From the IMG/VR virus record IMGVR_UViG_3300025859_000003: a stretch of 64,000 bases of DNA; one strand, given 5' to 3'. Shown here in pieces: positions 26,111-35,426 of the stretch; the first letter of the stretch is position 1, and each line of letters begins with the position of its first letter. The notes under the pieces are model-generated. The model worked only from the letters and a program-made list of their open reading frames with translations, ran no database searches and had not been told where the DNA came from. The stretch comes from a virus (taxonomy: Duplodnaviria; Heunggongvirae; Uroviricota; Caudoviricetes). The position numbers were made by a program, and so were the translations under genes.

Positions 26111-26653
26111 TTACGGGTAACGGGCCAAAATGTCGATGTTGCCGAACTCCTTTTCGGCACGCGCAACGAGCTTGTCAACGTACTCCTTCGTCAGCTTCTG
26201 TCCCTTCGGGAGCTGGTAATGCCGGAACATATTCGGATCACTGTTGGTCGGGCGGAAGATCAGGCCGTGATTCTTGGCCATACGCTTGCACTGCTTCTCT
26301 GACTCGTGCCGATCTACCAGATACTCGATGAAGTCTGACGGGTCCCAGGCCGTCGGCAGAGGCGTGTCGGTACCGAAGCCGTATTCCTTGCGGAAGGCCT
26401 CTTCACGCTCCACCGCAAGCTTCACGCACTCAGGGCTGGCCAGGAACTCCTGAATGTACTCAGGCGCTTTCCAGTGACCTTCCTTCCACTCGATGCGGGG
26501 CTCTCCACCGGTAGCATCGTCAGCCACGAAGGCGACTTCTTTTTTGTTCAGCATCAAGGTGGCGTTGAATCCTTGTCCTTCCATGCCGCGGAAGGTCTTG
26601 AACCCCTTGAGGCTGAAGTCCTGCAGTTTGATGCTCTCTTTCGTTTCTGCCAT
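26111..26653 (-). CDS. hypothetical protein
   Basis: Track ORF to 26839; true start MAETKE at 26653; upstream extension is artefact of palindrome translating as MAADSAAI. Confidence 0.55.
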   Translation of the reverse strand: MAETKESIKLQDFSLKGFKTFRGMEGQGFNATLMLNKKEVAFVADDATGGEPRIEWKEGHWKAPEYIQEFLASPECVKLAVEREEAFRKEYGFGTDTPLPTAWDPSDFIEYLVDRHESEKQCKRMAKNHGLIFRPTNSDPNMFRHYQLPKGQKLTKEYVDKLVARAEKEFGNIDILARYP

Positions 26654-26682
26654 TCTGAGTTCCTTTCGACTGAAAAAGAAAA

Positions 26683-26703
26683 TGGCTGCAGAGTCTGCAG
26701 CCA
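26683..26703. repeat. 21-bp palindrome copy
   Basis: TGGCTGCAGAGTCTGCAGCCA (perfect). Confidence 0.7.
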
Positions 26704-26911
26704 TTTGAGTGATGACGGCGGGGACTTCAGCAGTGAGCGCAGTCCCCGGTTCTACCACCGCGCTGTCCCTGTACCGATCCACGCACCGCGGTTCCTTCAA
26801 GCCATGGAGCACAGCTTTTGGCCGTGCCCTGTAGTCCAAACGGCGTCAATGCCTCCTACGGCCTCGGTACACCGGCCTCACACTTACTCCCGCCCTATTG
26901 GGTCACCGCCA

Positions 26912-27184
26912 TCAATTCCTGAAGATCTGGGAGCGCCGGGGTATTTTGACTTTCCGCCGGCGGCCTTTCCACCACGGGCCTTTCCACTCCATCAGATCGT
27001 AGTAGTTGTAGCCCTCCATGTTGCGCTGGAATTCGGCCGCATGCTCTGCGCTGTCGAAGACCATGGCCTTGGCTGGAAACGGCCAGGGCAAGATCTTGCT
27101 GAAGGGCATCGGATGTGGTTTGTCGGTAAACCCGCTGCAGAGGACGTAGTCACCAGCCACAAGTACAAACCGGGCTGTTTTCAT
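26912..27184 (-). CDS. hypothetical protein
   Basis: 90 aa. Confidence 0.45.
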   Translation of the reverse strand: MKTARFVLVAGDYVLCSGFTDKPHPMPFSKILPWPFPAKAMVFDSAEHAAEFQRNMEGYNYYDLMEWKGPWWKGRRRKVKIPRRSQIFRN

Positions 27185-27203
27185 ATCGTCTCCTTAGGCC
27201 GGA

Positions 27204-27713
27204 TTACTGTTTCTTCTGGTGGTACATGTTGACCTTGCCGCCGCTCAGGTACGCGTTGTGCAGGCCCTCGATGTACTTGTCGTACTCGATGTTGACGCCG
27301 GCGATGGCATGAGACAGCACCAGGGCTTCTAGGGCTGAAACGAACTCGTTCCAGCGCCGAACCTCCTCGTGGGCGATCTCGTAGTCTTTGGCGGCGTTCA
27401 GGTAGACACAGCCGCCACATTTCGGGCACTCACCTGCAGGTACTTCCCCACCTGGCTCCAGACGGTCCCAGAGGCGGCTCATTCGCATCAGGTCCTTGCC
27501 GACCGATGACTCTTTGCCGGTCCAGTTACAGTTATCACAGTAGACCAGGCGGGGACCGCTGTTGCGGTACAGGAAGTCTTCTTTCTTCGGGTACTCTTTG
27601 CGAAGGTTGCTGGAGACCGCTCCCTCGCCTTTACCGTCGATGTAGACATCGAAGGCCATCTCATCCATCTGGATGTTGATGATCCTCGGTTTTGGCTCCC
27701 CTAGCTTGTGCAT
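27204..27713 (-). CDS. Cys-containing hypothetical protein
   Basis: Track ORF to 27842; probable start MHKLGEPK; CDNCNW...CPKCGGC. Confidence 0.5.
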   Translation of the reverse strand: MHKLGEPKPRIINIQMDEMAFDVYIDGKGEGAVSSNLRKEYPKKEDFLYRNSGPRLVYCDNCNWTGKESSVGKDLMRMSRLWDRLEPGGEVPAGECPKCGGCVYLNAAKDYEIAHEEVRRWNEFVSALEALVLSHAIAGVNIEYDKYIEGLHNAYLSGGKVNMYHQKKQ

Positions 27714-27876
27714 CTTCTTCTCTGCTTTCTTGCGTCTTCTGCCTGATCTCGCGGAAGGTGATCGCACACTTGGCGTGATGAACGCGCCAGCCACCTTTAT
27801 ACCGCTGAAAGTGGCCGGCGCCAGCCTCCACCCACTGCCCACACTGGTAGCAGGTTCCTCCGAACTTATTTCTCAT
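27661..27876 (-). CDS. small zinc-ribbon-like protein
   Basis: CYQCGQW...HHAKC; overlaps downstream gene start. Confidence 0.35.
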   Translation of the reverse strand: MRNKFGGTCYQCGQWVEAGAGHFQRYKGGWRVHHAKCAITFREIRQKTQESREEDAQARGAKTEDHQHPDG

Positions 27877-28445
27877 AGCAATGTCCCGCAGTATTCGTCT
27901 TCGTACCCGTCGGTGTAGCGAACTGTCTTGCCCCAGATTTCCCCCACCCCCGATGCGAAGTCTTGGTCAGGCCCCTTTTTCTTAGGCGAAGGAAGCTTAG
28001 CTATCTCCAGCTCTTTGACCGTCTGATTCTTCCACCAGTGGGTCTCAGGGTTCTCGTACGGAACGCGCTTCTTGATCCGCCACTGCTCGTAATCCCATTC
28101 CTTACCCAGGAACTTGCGGGCCAGGATGGTCACCTGTCCAGACTCTTGCCGTGGATCACCAGTGGCGATGACGTCGTAGTAGTTGACCGCGGTGATCTTG
28201 AGCCTTCGTCTACCACGAAGGACCACATCTCCAACTTCGGGGATGGTCCCTTCAGGTTCGAGCTTTCCAGTCAGCCGCAATGTCCAGCAAGCCAGGTTGA
28301 GCAGTTCCCAAAAAACATCCTTGAGCGCTCTGGGGACATTTTTGTAGGTGTGAACGTGGTAGGTATCAGTGAACCACGCAAGGAAAAATATCCCTCCGAT
28401 GGTCATTGCCACCCCGGTGACACAGCCAACAACAAATTGCCACAT
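27873..28445 (-). CDS. membrane-anchored protein
   Basis: N-terminal TM VGCVTGVAMTIGGIFFLAWF. Confidence 0.5.
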   Translation of the reverse strand: MWQFVVGCVTGVAMTIGGIFFLAWFTDTYHVHTYKNVPRALKDVFWELLNLACWTLRLTGKLEPEGTIPEVGDVVLRGRRRLKITAVNYYDVIATGDPRQESGQVTILARKFLGKEWDYEQWRIKKRVPYENPETHWWKNQTVKELEIAKLPSPKKKGPDQDFASGVGEIWGKTVRYTDGYEDEYCGTLL

Positions 28446-28792
28446 CAGCCTCTCCTCCTTTCAAGATCTTTCGTGGGCGGAAGTGGAACCTGCTTGATGT
28501 CTTCAACCACTTCGGCTTCAAGCTTGGTGTCTTCAGGGAGCCTGGCCATTTTGGCTACCTTTCCTTCCTGATCAGTCGGGGCAACCTCGGCCTCTGGGTT
28601 CGACACGATGGCGTCAGGCACAATGAAATATCCGAGCTCGTAGTAAGCTCGGATGTTCGGGTTCTTGGCCTGTTCAGGTGTCAGCGGCGGCCTCATCGAC
28701 ATGACCAACTTCTGGACTTCATTCGGGTTAGTTGGCCATCCGTCAGGTCTTGTCATGTGCTCTCCTATCCGGGTCGGTCGTCCCGATCCCAA
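28445..28792 (-). CDS. hypothetical protein
   Basis: 115 aa. Confidence 0.45.
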   Translation of the reverse strand: MGSGRPTRIGEHMTRPDGWPTNPNEVQKLVMSMRPPLTPEQAKNPNIRAYYELGYFIVPDAIVSNPEAEVAPTDQEGKVAKMARLPEDTKLEAEVVEDIKQVPLPPTKDLERRRG

Positions 28793-28965
28793 TCCTCTCC
28801 TCGTAAAATTTCCCTTACCTCGTCTTTGGCCGTATATCCGAGCTTGGCTGCGTAGTAATAAGCCTTGGCCAGCATGGCTTTACAGTCGGGCAAGTGAATC
28901 TCCGGCCCGGCCGTTTCGAACTCGTTCCAGCAGCAAGGACAGAAGCTGGTTCCGCTGCGGTTCAT
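28765..28965 (-). CDS. small Cys protein
   Basis: Track ORF to 29022; MNRSGTSFCPCCWNEF. Confidence 0.4.
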   Translation of the reverse strand: MNRSGTSFCPCCWNEFETAGPEIHLPDCKAMLAKAYYYAAKLGYTAKDEVREILRGEDWDRDDRPG

Positions 28966-29219
28966 GGTTCCACCTCTCCGCGGTAATCCACCGCCTTGAA
29001 GATCTCGAAACAGTCCGTGCACGTCACAGTGTCCGGGCTGGTCAGTAGCTCCCCGTCCATGCCGTTGATCTCGTCAGAGAGGTCGATGCCGAAGTGGGAT
29101 AGTATCTCCCGCTTCTCCTCCTCACTTTCACAGACGAAAGGCACGCTCTCGTTGAAGTTGCGGTGTCCACAGTTGGGGCACTTCCAGGTATAGGCGGGGT
29201 GCAGGCTGACTACTTTCAC
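28962..29219 (-). CDS. zinc-ribbon protein
   Basis: CPNCGH ... CTDC. Confidence 0.5.
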   Translation of the reverse strand: MKVVSLHPAYTWKCPNCGHRNFNESVPFVCESEEEKREILSHFGIDLSDEINGMDGELLTSPDTVTCTDCFEIFKAVDYRGEVEP

Positions 29220-29228
29220 AGATTACTC

Positions 29229-29444
29229 CTACTTGTTGAACCACGCGACGTGAGTGGCGTCCTCAGGGATCTGGGACAGCGGGAAGACAGACTTGGTGCG
29301 GTCCATCTTGCCGTCCTTGGCTGGATAGCCGCTACCGTCCCATTCGGTGAAGAGTCCGTCATCGCGAACGAGGCAGATGAACTCGTCCTTGGTCATGACG
29401 TCCGCGTACCCAGGGATCGGAACGTTGTAGTTCGACTCGGTCAT
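29229..29444 (-). CDS. small hypothetical protein
   Basis: Track ORF to 29540; start MTESNY. Confidence 0.45.
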   Translation of the reverse strand: MTESNYNVPIPGYADVMTKDEFICLVRDDGLFTEWDGSGYPAKDGKMDRTKSVFPLSQIPEDATHVAWFNK

Positions 29445-29445
29445 G

Positions 29446-29847
29446 TTATACGCCCTCCAAAGCTTCGTTCCGGAGACTTTGAATTTCAAGCATCTTGGTG
29501 TACTGCTCTTCGGTGAGAGTCGGGGTGGCGGCAGAACCATCCTGCCCCCAGGAACCGTCGTTCATGATCAGTTCCGCTTCCCACTTCTCGTGGGCCCTGG
29601 CAAAGGCCACCAGCTTCTTGTACCGGCGGCAGATCATCTGAATAACGGTCAGAGCTTCAGGTTGGAACATGGTCAAAGGCTGGCCGGCCAGGTTAGCGGC
29701 ATTGGCGATACCGCGGAGAGCGTTGTCACGCTCGTTCTCCATCCTGTCAAGTTTTTCGCGGAGGCTTTTGTTCTCGTTCTGCAGGTACTCCATGATGTCA
29801 ATCGGTCCGTTCGGGCTCATCTTTTTATTCTTAGCCTTCGCCATCAC
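29446..29847 (-). CDS. coiled-coil protein
   Basis: 133 aa. Confidence 0.5.
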   Translation of the reverse strand: MMAKAKNKKMSPNGPIDIMEYLQNENKSLREKLDRMENERDNALRGIANAANLAGQPLTMFQPEALTVIQMICRRYKKLVAFARAHEKWEAELIMNDGSWGQDGSAATPTLTEEQYTKMLEIQSLRNEALEGV

Positions 29848-29979
29848 CTACTCCTTGATTATGGTGAACTTCTTGCGTTTCTTGATAAGGTGCCAGGCCG
29901 CCCGGCTGTTATCCACGACCCGCTTGCGTTCAGCTTCGAACTCATCGTGGTAGTTCCTGACCGCCTGCTTTACAGACAT
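29848..29979 (-). CDS. small basic protein (43 aa)
   Basis: Track ORF to 30087; AAGGAGGACGTTC ATG at 29979. Confidence 0.35.
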   Translation of the reverse strand: MSVKQAVRNYHDEFEAERKRVVDNSRAAWHLIKKRKKFTIIKE

Positions 29980-30040
29980 GAACGTCCTCCTTGAACGATC
30001 CGATGAAGTACTTCTTCCGCCTACTCTCTTAGGCCCTATA

Positions 30041-30061
30041 TGGCCGCAGACTCTGCAGCCA
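30041..30061. repeat. 21-bp palindrome copy in divergent intergenic region
   Basis: TGGCCGCAGACTCTGCAGCCA. Confidence 0.7.
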
Positions 30062-30085
30062 CGGCTGGCTATACTGACTGATGTC

Positions 30086-31912
30086 ATGGCGATGCGGCTG
30101 CCAATGGATTCACCCCAGGAGAACCCGCTCTACCTCCGGGACCTCCCTGAGGAAGAGCGGCGCCGGCTCGTTGGTGCATTGTTGCAGCGATTCCTGCTCG
30201 AACAAGAGGCACGTAAAGCGATGGCGGAGCACGAGAAGAAGCTGATCCTGCAGAAGATGATGGCCAGCCGCGACGGTCAGAAGACGGCGGGAGACCTTCT
30301 GAAGAAAGCACTTATTGGTGTCAATTTTCCGTTGTGGAGCGGGGATCGGTGGTCCTTGAACTTCTCGATTCCCCAGCTTCTTTCGATAAGCCGTAGAATG
30401 GGCGGTCCGGATGTGATTACCACCCCGGAAGAAGATGCCGCCTGGAAAACCCACCTTGGCGTTGGCCTGGGTGGTCCCATGCTCGGTCTTGAGCCTCCCC
30501 TTACTCGCCGCAAGCAAATCATGGAAAGGCAAGCCAAAGAGAGAGGGGCTGCAGAAGGGGAGGTTCCCCGTGAAAAGACCGCGGGTCCTATCACCTCGCT
30601 GCTGAAGCACCCGTACACACCGTGGGTAGGCGGTGGAGCCGCTCTCGGCGCCCTTAGCGGTGCCGTTACCGACGAAGACAAAGTTATCCGTGAGAACCGG
30701 GCATCCAGGCTTGCCAGGATCCTTCAGGGAGCCGCCGGTGGAGCTGTCTCCGGTGCGTCTCTGAAGATGATGAAGGACATGTTCCTTCCCTCAACCGGTA
30801 ACGTTTCGAATCTTCGCAGGATGCTTCAGGAAGGCGTGACCGGTGATGAGTGGAAGCACCAGGCTCAGAAGGCTGTGGACCTGGGGAAGGTTCAGTCTGA
30901 GAAGGCCAAAAAGATGGAGAACATAGGGCTCGCGGAGAAGCTCAAAGGGCTTATTTCCGGCGGACCCAAGGTTCCGACTCCTGATGAGCTGAGCCAGTGG
31001 TACAAGCAGTCGTCTGTGGCCAGGGTCCTGTTCAAGAACGCGGCTCTTCCTCCTGGGATGAAGCCCGAACACCTTAGCTCCCTGATCGGCGCCGGCATCG
31101 GCGGCCTCACCGGGCTCGTCGGAGCCAGGGCCACTGAAGACAAGGACGAAGGCTACGGATCGAAGCTGCTCAAGCGCCTCGGCCTTGGTGCAGCAGGCCT
31201 GGCCGGCGGTGCTATGCTTGGTGGTGCTTTCCCGATGGCCAAGGCTTTCTACCAGCATGGCGGCGGCCTGAAAGGTCTCAAGAACCCTGTTGCTCGCGGA
31301 GCTATGTGGGAAGAGGCCAAGGCTGCTCCGATCGCGGCTGCGAAGCAGCTCCCCGGTTGGCTGAAAGGCATGTTCATCAGTCACCCGAAGACCGCCCAGG
31401 ACCAGTTCCCGCTCCGTGAGCGTGCGCTCCGGGAATGGAATCCCAAGACTATCCTGCAGGACGTCTCCGCTGGTGAGCCCAGGGATGTCTCCCCTGAAGA
31501 GTACACTCGTCTGAGGTCGGAAGGACTTCACCCGATTTCAACGATCCTCGGCGCCATTCTTGGCGGTTCCGGCGGAGCTGCTGTAGGCGGTAAACTTCTG
31601 CCGACCGGATCAAAGCTTCAGGCCCCGCTTGCTCTTGCCGGCATGGCCGGCGGTGGCATCCTTGGCCACATGCTGCAGAACATGCGTATGAAGAGCAAAG
31701 CCCGCGGCGAGATGGAAGAGTTTCAGATGAAGTTCCCGGAGTTCATGCGGAAAGAAATGGAGAGCATTCCGCCGGAACATCTGGAAGCCATTCTCGCCCA
31801 GAATCCTATGCAGAGGCTGACCGACGATGTTCCGTACCAGACCACGACCGAACATCTTCGTCGAGGCCTGCCGAAGGTTCCTGCCCGGCCGATGTTGAAG
31901 CACGAGTTCTAA
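30086..31912 (+). CDS. large Gly/Ala-rich glycine-zipper protein
   Basis: Track ORF 29978..31912; ATG 30086; repeated GxxxGxxxG blocks (LGLGAAGLAGGAMLGGAF, ILGGSGGAAVGG, LAGMAGGGILG); plus-strand island in minus block. Confidence 0.5.
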   Translation: MAMRLPMDSPQENPLYLRDLPEEERRRLVGALLQRFLLEQEARKAMAEHEKKLILQKMMASRDGQKTAGDLLKKALIGVNFPLWSGDRWSLNFSIPQLLSISRRMGGPDVITTPEEDAAWKTHLGVGLGGPMLGLEPPLTRRKQIMERQAKERGAAEGEVPREKTAGPITSLLKHPYTPWVGGGAALGALSGAVTDEDKVIRENRASRLARILQGAAGGAVSGASLKMMKDMFLPSTGNVSNLRRMLQEGVTGDEWKHQAQKAVDLGKVQSEKAKKMENIGLAEKLKGLISGGPKVPTPDELSQWYKQSSVARVLFKNAALPPGMKPEHLSSLIGAGIGGLTGLVGARATEDKDEGYGSKLLKRLGLGAAGLAGGAMLGGAFPMAKAFYQHGGGLKGLKNPVARGAMWEEAKAAPIAAAKQLPGWLKGMFISHPKTAQDQFPLRERALREWNPKTILQDVSAGEPRDVSPEEYTRLRSEGLHPISTILGAILGGSGGAAVGGKLLPTGSKLQAPLALAGMAGGGILGHMLQNMRMKSKARGEMEEFQMKFPEFMRKEMESIPPEHLEAILAQNPMQRLTDDVPYQTTTEHLRRGLPKVPARPMLKHEF

Positions 31913-31921
31913 GGATCTGAA

Positions 31922-32713
31922 ATGCCCTTTCAGTCACAGGCTCAACGCAGGTTCATGTACGCCAGGCATCCTGAGATGGCCAAGGAGTGGGAAGCCCATA
32001 CCCCGAAGGGTAAGAAGCTCCCTGAGCACAAGAAAAAGAAGAAAGAGGCTGAGATGAAAACAGCCAAGAAAGACATGCCCCACTTCACCGAACAGGATCG
32101 TCCTGAGAAGGTCAAGGACATCTACCGCGCTCTGAAGCGCGAGCACCCTGGGATGCCGGCGGAGATGAAGGCCCGTATCGCGGCCAGGCAGGGCAAGCCG
32201 GGCAAACAGAAGCAGGGGCCGCCGTACAAGGCTCCGATCAAGGAGCGGTACAAAGGAGCTAACTTAGGCTTAGCCCTGCCTATGTCGATGGGATTGTCCG
32301 GCGCCGCGCTGGGCCACTCCGCGGTGAGGCCTGGCGCCGAGAGTGAACATTCTGTGGCAGGCCCGGTAGCCAATCTTCTGTCGACGCTTAGCGGTCCCGC
32401 CGCAGGGCTCCTGGCCGGCGGTAGCATGCCGTCTTCTTATTGGAATTTGGTGAAAAGAGTGGCCGGTTCACCTGGTTCTGGTCTTCCAAGGGCGCTGGCA
32501 GCCGGGGGCATGACCCTGGCGCCATCTCTTCTTGGCGGGGCTGCCGCAGGCGGGCTGTCAGGCCTTCTGGCTCACCTCGGTAAAAAGAAACCGCCCGAGG
32601 AAGCAGACCTGTCTGATCAGCCTACAGAAGCCTCCACAGTGATGCCTGATCAGAAGATGGCAAGCCTTCGGGACATCGTGACCGCCGGTCTCACTATGGT
32701 CAAGGAACAGTAG
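31922..32713 (+). CDS. Lys-rich N-terminus, Gly/Ala-rich C-terminal protein
   Basis: 263 aa; LGLALPMSMGLSGAALG, LAGGSM, LLGGAAAGGLSGLLAHLG. Confidence 0.5.
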   Translation: MPFQSQAQRRFMYARHPEMAKEWEAHTPKGKKLPEHKKKKKEAEMKTAKKDMPHFTEQDRPEKVKDIYRALKREHPGMPAEMKARIAARQGKPGKQKQGPPYKAPIKERYKGANLGLALPMSMGLSGAALGHSAVRPGAESEHSVAGPVANLLSTLSGPAAGLLAGGSMPSSYWNLVKRVAGSPGSGLPRALAAGGMTLAPSLLGGAAAGGLSGLLAHLGKKKPPEEADLSDQPTEASTVMPDQKMASLRDIVTAGLTMVKEQ

Positions 32714-32861
32714 GTATGCGTAAGCTTGGTACAGACCGGCCTGACTTGATGCTCCGGTTCCTCGATGAGGACTTCCGGAAGCACTCGACCCATTTCTTCC
32801 GCCAGCTCGGAAGAGGTCGTTCTGTAGAAGATGCCCCCGGCAAGCTCGCTAAAGAACGGCC

Positions 32862-32892
32862 CAAGGATCTAAAAAAGAAGGCCCTATGAGGG
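32862..32892. terminator. bidirectional intrinsic terminator
   Basis: AAAAAAGAAGGCCC-TATGA-GGGGCCTTCTTTTG. Confidence 0.65.
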
Positions 32893-33300
32893 GCCTTCTT
32901 TTGCCTGATAGGCGCCGCCTCCCAGTCGACGCTCTTTCAGATCCTCGTACTTGAGCTCGGCCAGCTCTCTTCGTCGATCGGCGTGATCGACTTCACTTGG
33001 ACTCAGCAGTAATGCTCTGGCCAAGTTGAAGAAGATGAACCAGCCTCCCAGTCCGCTGATGATGCCCAAAAGGGCGTGGTTGAGCTCCAGAACGGGATAG
33101 ACGGTCCCGACGCACCAAAGTCCGAACCCGATGGCCGAGGACGTCAGGAGCCACCCCAGGAAGCCCAGGAGGAGCATTCCTGCGTAGGTCAGATCGCTCT
33201 CCGGCGTCTCTACCGCTTGCAGCTCTTCTTCAAGCTTCTGTATCCTCCGTTTGCGGAGGTCAGAGCCTGTGTACTGCAGGAGCTTCTTCAGGAAGCTCAT
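32884..33300 (-). CDS. membrane protein
   Basis: 138 aa with central TM helices. Confidence 0.5.
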   Translation of the reverse strand: MSFLKKLLQYTGSDLRKRRIQKLEEELQAVETPESDLTYAGMLLLGFLGWLLTSSAIGFGLWCVGTVYPVLELNHALLGIISGLGGWFIFFNLARALLLSPSEVDHADRRRELAELKYEDLKERRLGGGAYQAKEGPS

Positions 33301-33315
33301 GACTAACCTCCTTTC

Positions 33316-33759
33316 TTAGAACCGTAGCTCCGTCATGTGGGGGTACTTCCACCAGTCGCCTGTCCCCAAGCCCATGTCCTTGACCCAGAGAACCACAGGC
33401 GTTGCTAACATATGGTTCAACGATGGTTCAAGGTCTGGGTGAACACTTGTAATTTTCCCCCGAAGCTCATCATCGGGACAGGTTCGAATCCGGCGCAGAA
33501 GTTGTGCCGGCCATGTGTTCAGGAAGTACAGGCCGCCAGCGTAGTTGGTGGAAACAAGGTTGAATTCGGACCGGCTGCGTTTGAGGTCAGAGATGGTCTC
33601 TTCGATAAAGTTCTGGAGCTTCTGGGGAAGACCAAAGTAGGGCTTGAACTGTATCGGGTGAGCACCAATTTCTCTCAGCCAGTCGGTGTTGATCAGGTAG
33701 TGGAATTTCTCGGGGATTTGCTTCATCGCTGCTGCAAATCCTGTGTCGTCCGAATCCAT
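33316..33759 (-). CDS. hypothetical protein
   Basis: 147 aa; AAAGGAGGCAGTA ATG. Confidence 0.5.
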   Translation of the reverse strand: MDSDDTGFAAAMKQIPEKFHYLINTDWLREIGAHPIQFKPYFGLPQKLQNFIEETISDLKRSRSEFNLVSTNYAGGLYFLNTWPAQLLRRIRTCPDDELRGKITSVHPDLEPSLNHMLATPVVLWVKDMGLGTGDWWKYPHMTELRF

Positions 33760-33794
33760 TACTGCCTCCTTTCTTCTCTACCTTCTTAGGCCGT

Positions 33795-33878
33795 ATTTCG
33801 AGCAAGAAGAAAGCCGAGCTCGGGGCTCGGCTTTTGGACCAGTAAAAAGAAAGTCCCCTGCTACAGGGGGTCTTTCTT
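33795..33878 (-). terminator. two consecutive intrinsic terminator hairpins
   Basis: GACCCCCTGTAGCAGGGGAC+TTTCTTTTT and AGCCGAGCCCCGAGCTCGGCT+TTCTTCTT on minus strand. Confidence 0.6.
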
Positions 33879-33879
33879 T

Positions 33880-34338
33880 TTAGTACAGCTCGTCGAGATG
33901 GTCGCGGTGCTTGATGTAAGACTCGGTTCCATTGAGCCGGCGCTCCAGTTCCAGGATGGCTTTCCAGACGTCGGGAGTGTACGGGGGCAGGCGCTTCCGG
34001 TGGGATTCCTGGTGAACACGGAGGGATTCAAGTTCGATTCGAAGCTTGTTGTTTTCGGTGAGAAGCTCGTTGTTCTCGTTGACGAGGTCCTGTAGACGTT
34101 GCTGCTGAATCACCGCACCGCAGTAAGCGCAGAGGCTGTAGACCAGGTAGGCGAGCCAGGTCAGAGGCCACAGGTTGCTCAAGATGAACAGCGTCACGTG
34201 GGTGATGGGCTGCTTCTTGGTCCACTCGGCCAGATCCTTGCGGAACCAGATGTTGGTGAAGGTGAAGATGATCAGGTGAGCGAACAACCCGACAAAGATC
34301 AGCGTACCGGTGTCGGTGTTCTGAAAGTAACGCTCCAT
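33880..34338 (-). CDS. membrane protein with C-terminal coiled coil
   Basis: 152 aa, 3 TM helices. Confidence 0.5.
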   Translation of the reverse strand: MERYFQNTDTGTLIFVGLFAHLIIFTFTNIWFRKDLAEWTKKQPITHVTLFILSNLWPLTWLAYLVYSLCAYCGAVIQQQRLQDLVNENNELLTENNKLRIELESLRVHQESHRKRLPPYTPDVWKAILELERRLNGTESYIKHRDHLDELY

Positions 34339-34360
34339 AGGTAGTCTCCTTGCCAGCAGT

Positions 34361-34696
34361 TTACGCCGTGGCCTGCGTCTCTTCCAGTCGCTTCACCCGA
34401 TCAGCGTACTCGACCGGGAGTTCCATGCTGTAGTAGTCAGACTCCTCGTTGCTGAACCTGACGCCAAAGGATACATACAGCTCCGACGGGCAGTACTTCA
34501 GCAGGTAGGCATCCATCGGCCGGCCCTTGGCGTAGACCTTCCAGTTCATTTCCAGAACGTCGTAGTTGGTAAGCTTGCCGCCCTTGCCGTCACCCCAGCC
34601 TCCACGGCTTTCGATGTACTTGGTGTATTCGTCGGCAAGAGATCGAATGTCCACCGGGATGGCAACGTCTTTCCATGGGTTATTCCAGTGAGGCAT
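34361..34696 (-). CDS. hypothetical protein
   Basis: Track ORF to 34759; start MPHWNNPW. Confidence 0.5.
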   Translation of the reverse strand: MPHWNNPWKDVAIPVDIRSLADEYTKYIESRGGWGDGKGGKLTNYDVLEMNWKVYAKGRPMDAYLLKYCPSELYVSFGVRFSNEESDYYSMELPVEYADRVKRLEETQATA

Positions 34697-34923
34697 TAGA
34701 TCGACTCCTTCACGAAGGCTTTCATCTGGCCCAGGATCTCGATTGCCTTGTCCAGGCAAGCGGGGCAGGGTAGCAGTCGTCCCTCGTTATCAGCGTTCTG
34801 GATTGCGTGGGCCAGGCTCTCGAAACACCATCCAGCTACCAGCTTCGGGCGCCCACAAAAAGTAAGAGGCCGCGCATCAACCTTGTGCGGCCTGACAATG
34901 CAACGAATGTGGTCCGCGCTCAT
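34696..34923 (-). CDS. small Cys protein
   Basis: CPACLDKA. Confidence 0.4.
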   Translation of the reverse strand: MSADHIRCIVRPHKVDARPLTFCGRPKLVAGWCFESLAHAIQNADNEGRLLPCPACLDKAIEILGQMKAFVKESI

Positions 34924-35426
34924 GCAAACCACCCATCCTTTTCAAGCTGAGCTTCCACCCAGGACCAGTCCACACATCCGAACTTCTTCGGAATTCCGAT
35001 GTTGCGGTCGTCGATGTAACAGTCGGCAAGAACCTTGCGACGGAGACCCTGCGGGTTCCGGAAGTCGTCAGATTCCCTGGTGTCGTTTACGTTGTGGAGC
35101 TTGAGCCCAGACTCGTACATCCATTCTACTGCGGCTCTCAGGTAGTCGGTTTTAGCTTCGGGATCGGTTTCCCTGCAGGTCCAGAGGACGATCTTGTGGC
35201 CAGCTTCCTGGACCCGCTTCAGTACACGGACACAGTCATCGGCCTCCTTGCCAATCTGCGGATACATGTGGGTCACCACGGTGCCGTCGAAATCGACAGC
35301 CAGGATCTTCGGTCTACGCATAGGGTATTTCTCCGGGTGCTCGATGAAGTTTGTTACAGGGTCGTGTTCCCACTGATCCAGCGAATCGTGGCTCATATCG
35401 AGAACTCCTTTCCACACCGCGAGCAT
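34920..35426 (-). CDS. HAD-superfamily phosphatase, 5'(3')-deoxyribonucleotidase (NT5C)-like
   Basis: ILAVDFDGTV (DxDxT) ... ADCYIDDR. Confidence 0.55.
   Translation of the reverse strand: MLAVWKGVLDMSHDSLDQWEHDPVTNFIEHPEKYPMRRPKILAVDFDGTVVTHMYPQIGKEADDCVRVLKRVQEAGHKIVLWTCRETDPEAKTDYLRAAVEWMYESGLKLHNVNDTRESDDFRNPQGLRRKVLADCYIDDRNIGIPKKFGCVDWSWVEAQLEKDGWFA

Noticed and set aside
26653-26839. N-terminal extensions of several track ORFs beginning MAADSAAI/MAAESAAT (for example 26111..26839, 51189..52022, 10265.., 24917..)
   Set aside because: Artefact of the 21-bp palindrome ATGGCTGCAGAGTCTGCAGCCAT being translatable; true starts with an RBS lie downstream.
26474-27232. 252-aa plus-strand ORF
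   Set aside because: Antisense to minus-strand genes 26111..26653 and 26912..27184, and has no RBS.
33476-33494. tRNA T-loop-like GGTTCGAATCC
   Set aside because: Lies inside CDS 33316..33759; the flanking sequence cannot form a T-stem or acceptor stem. No convincing tRNA cloverleaf was found anywhere in the window by eye.
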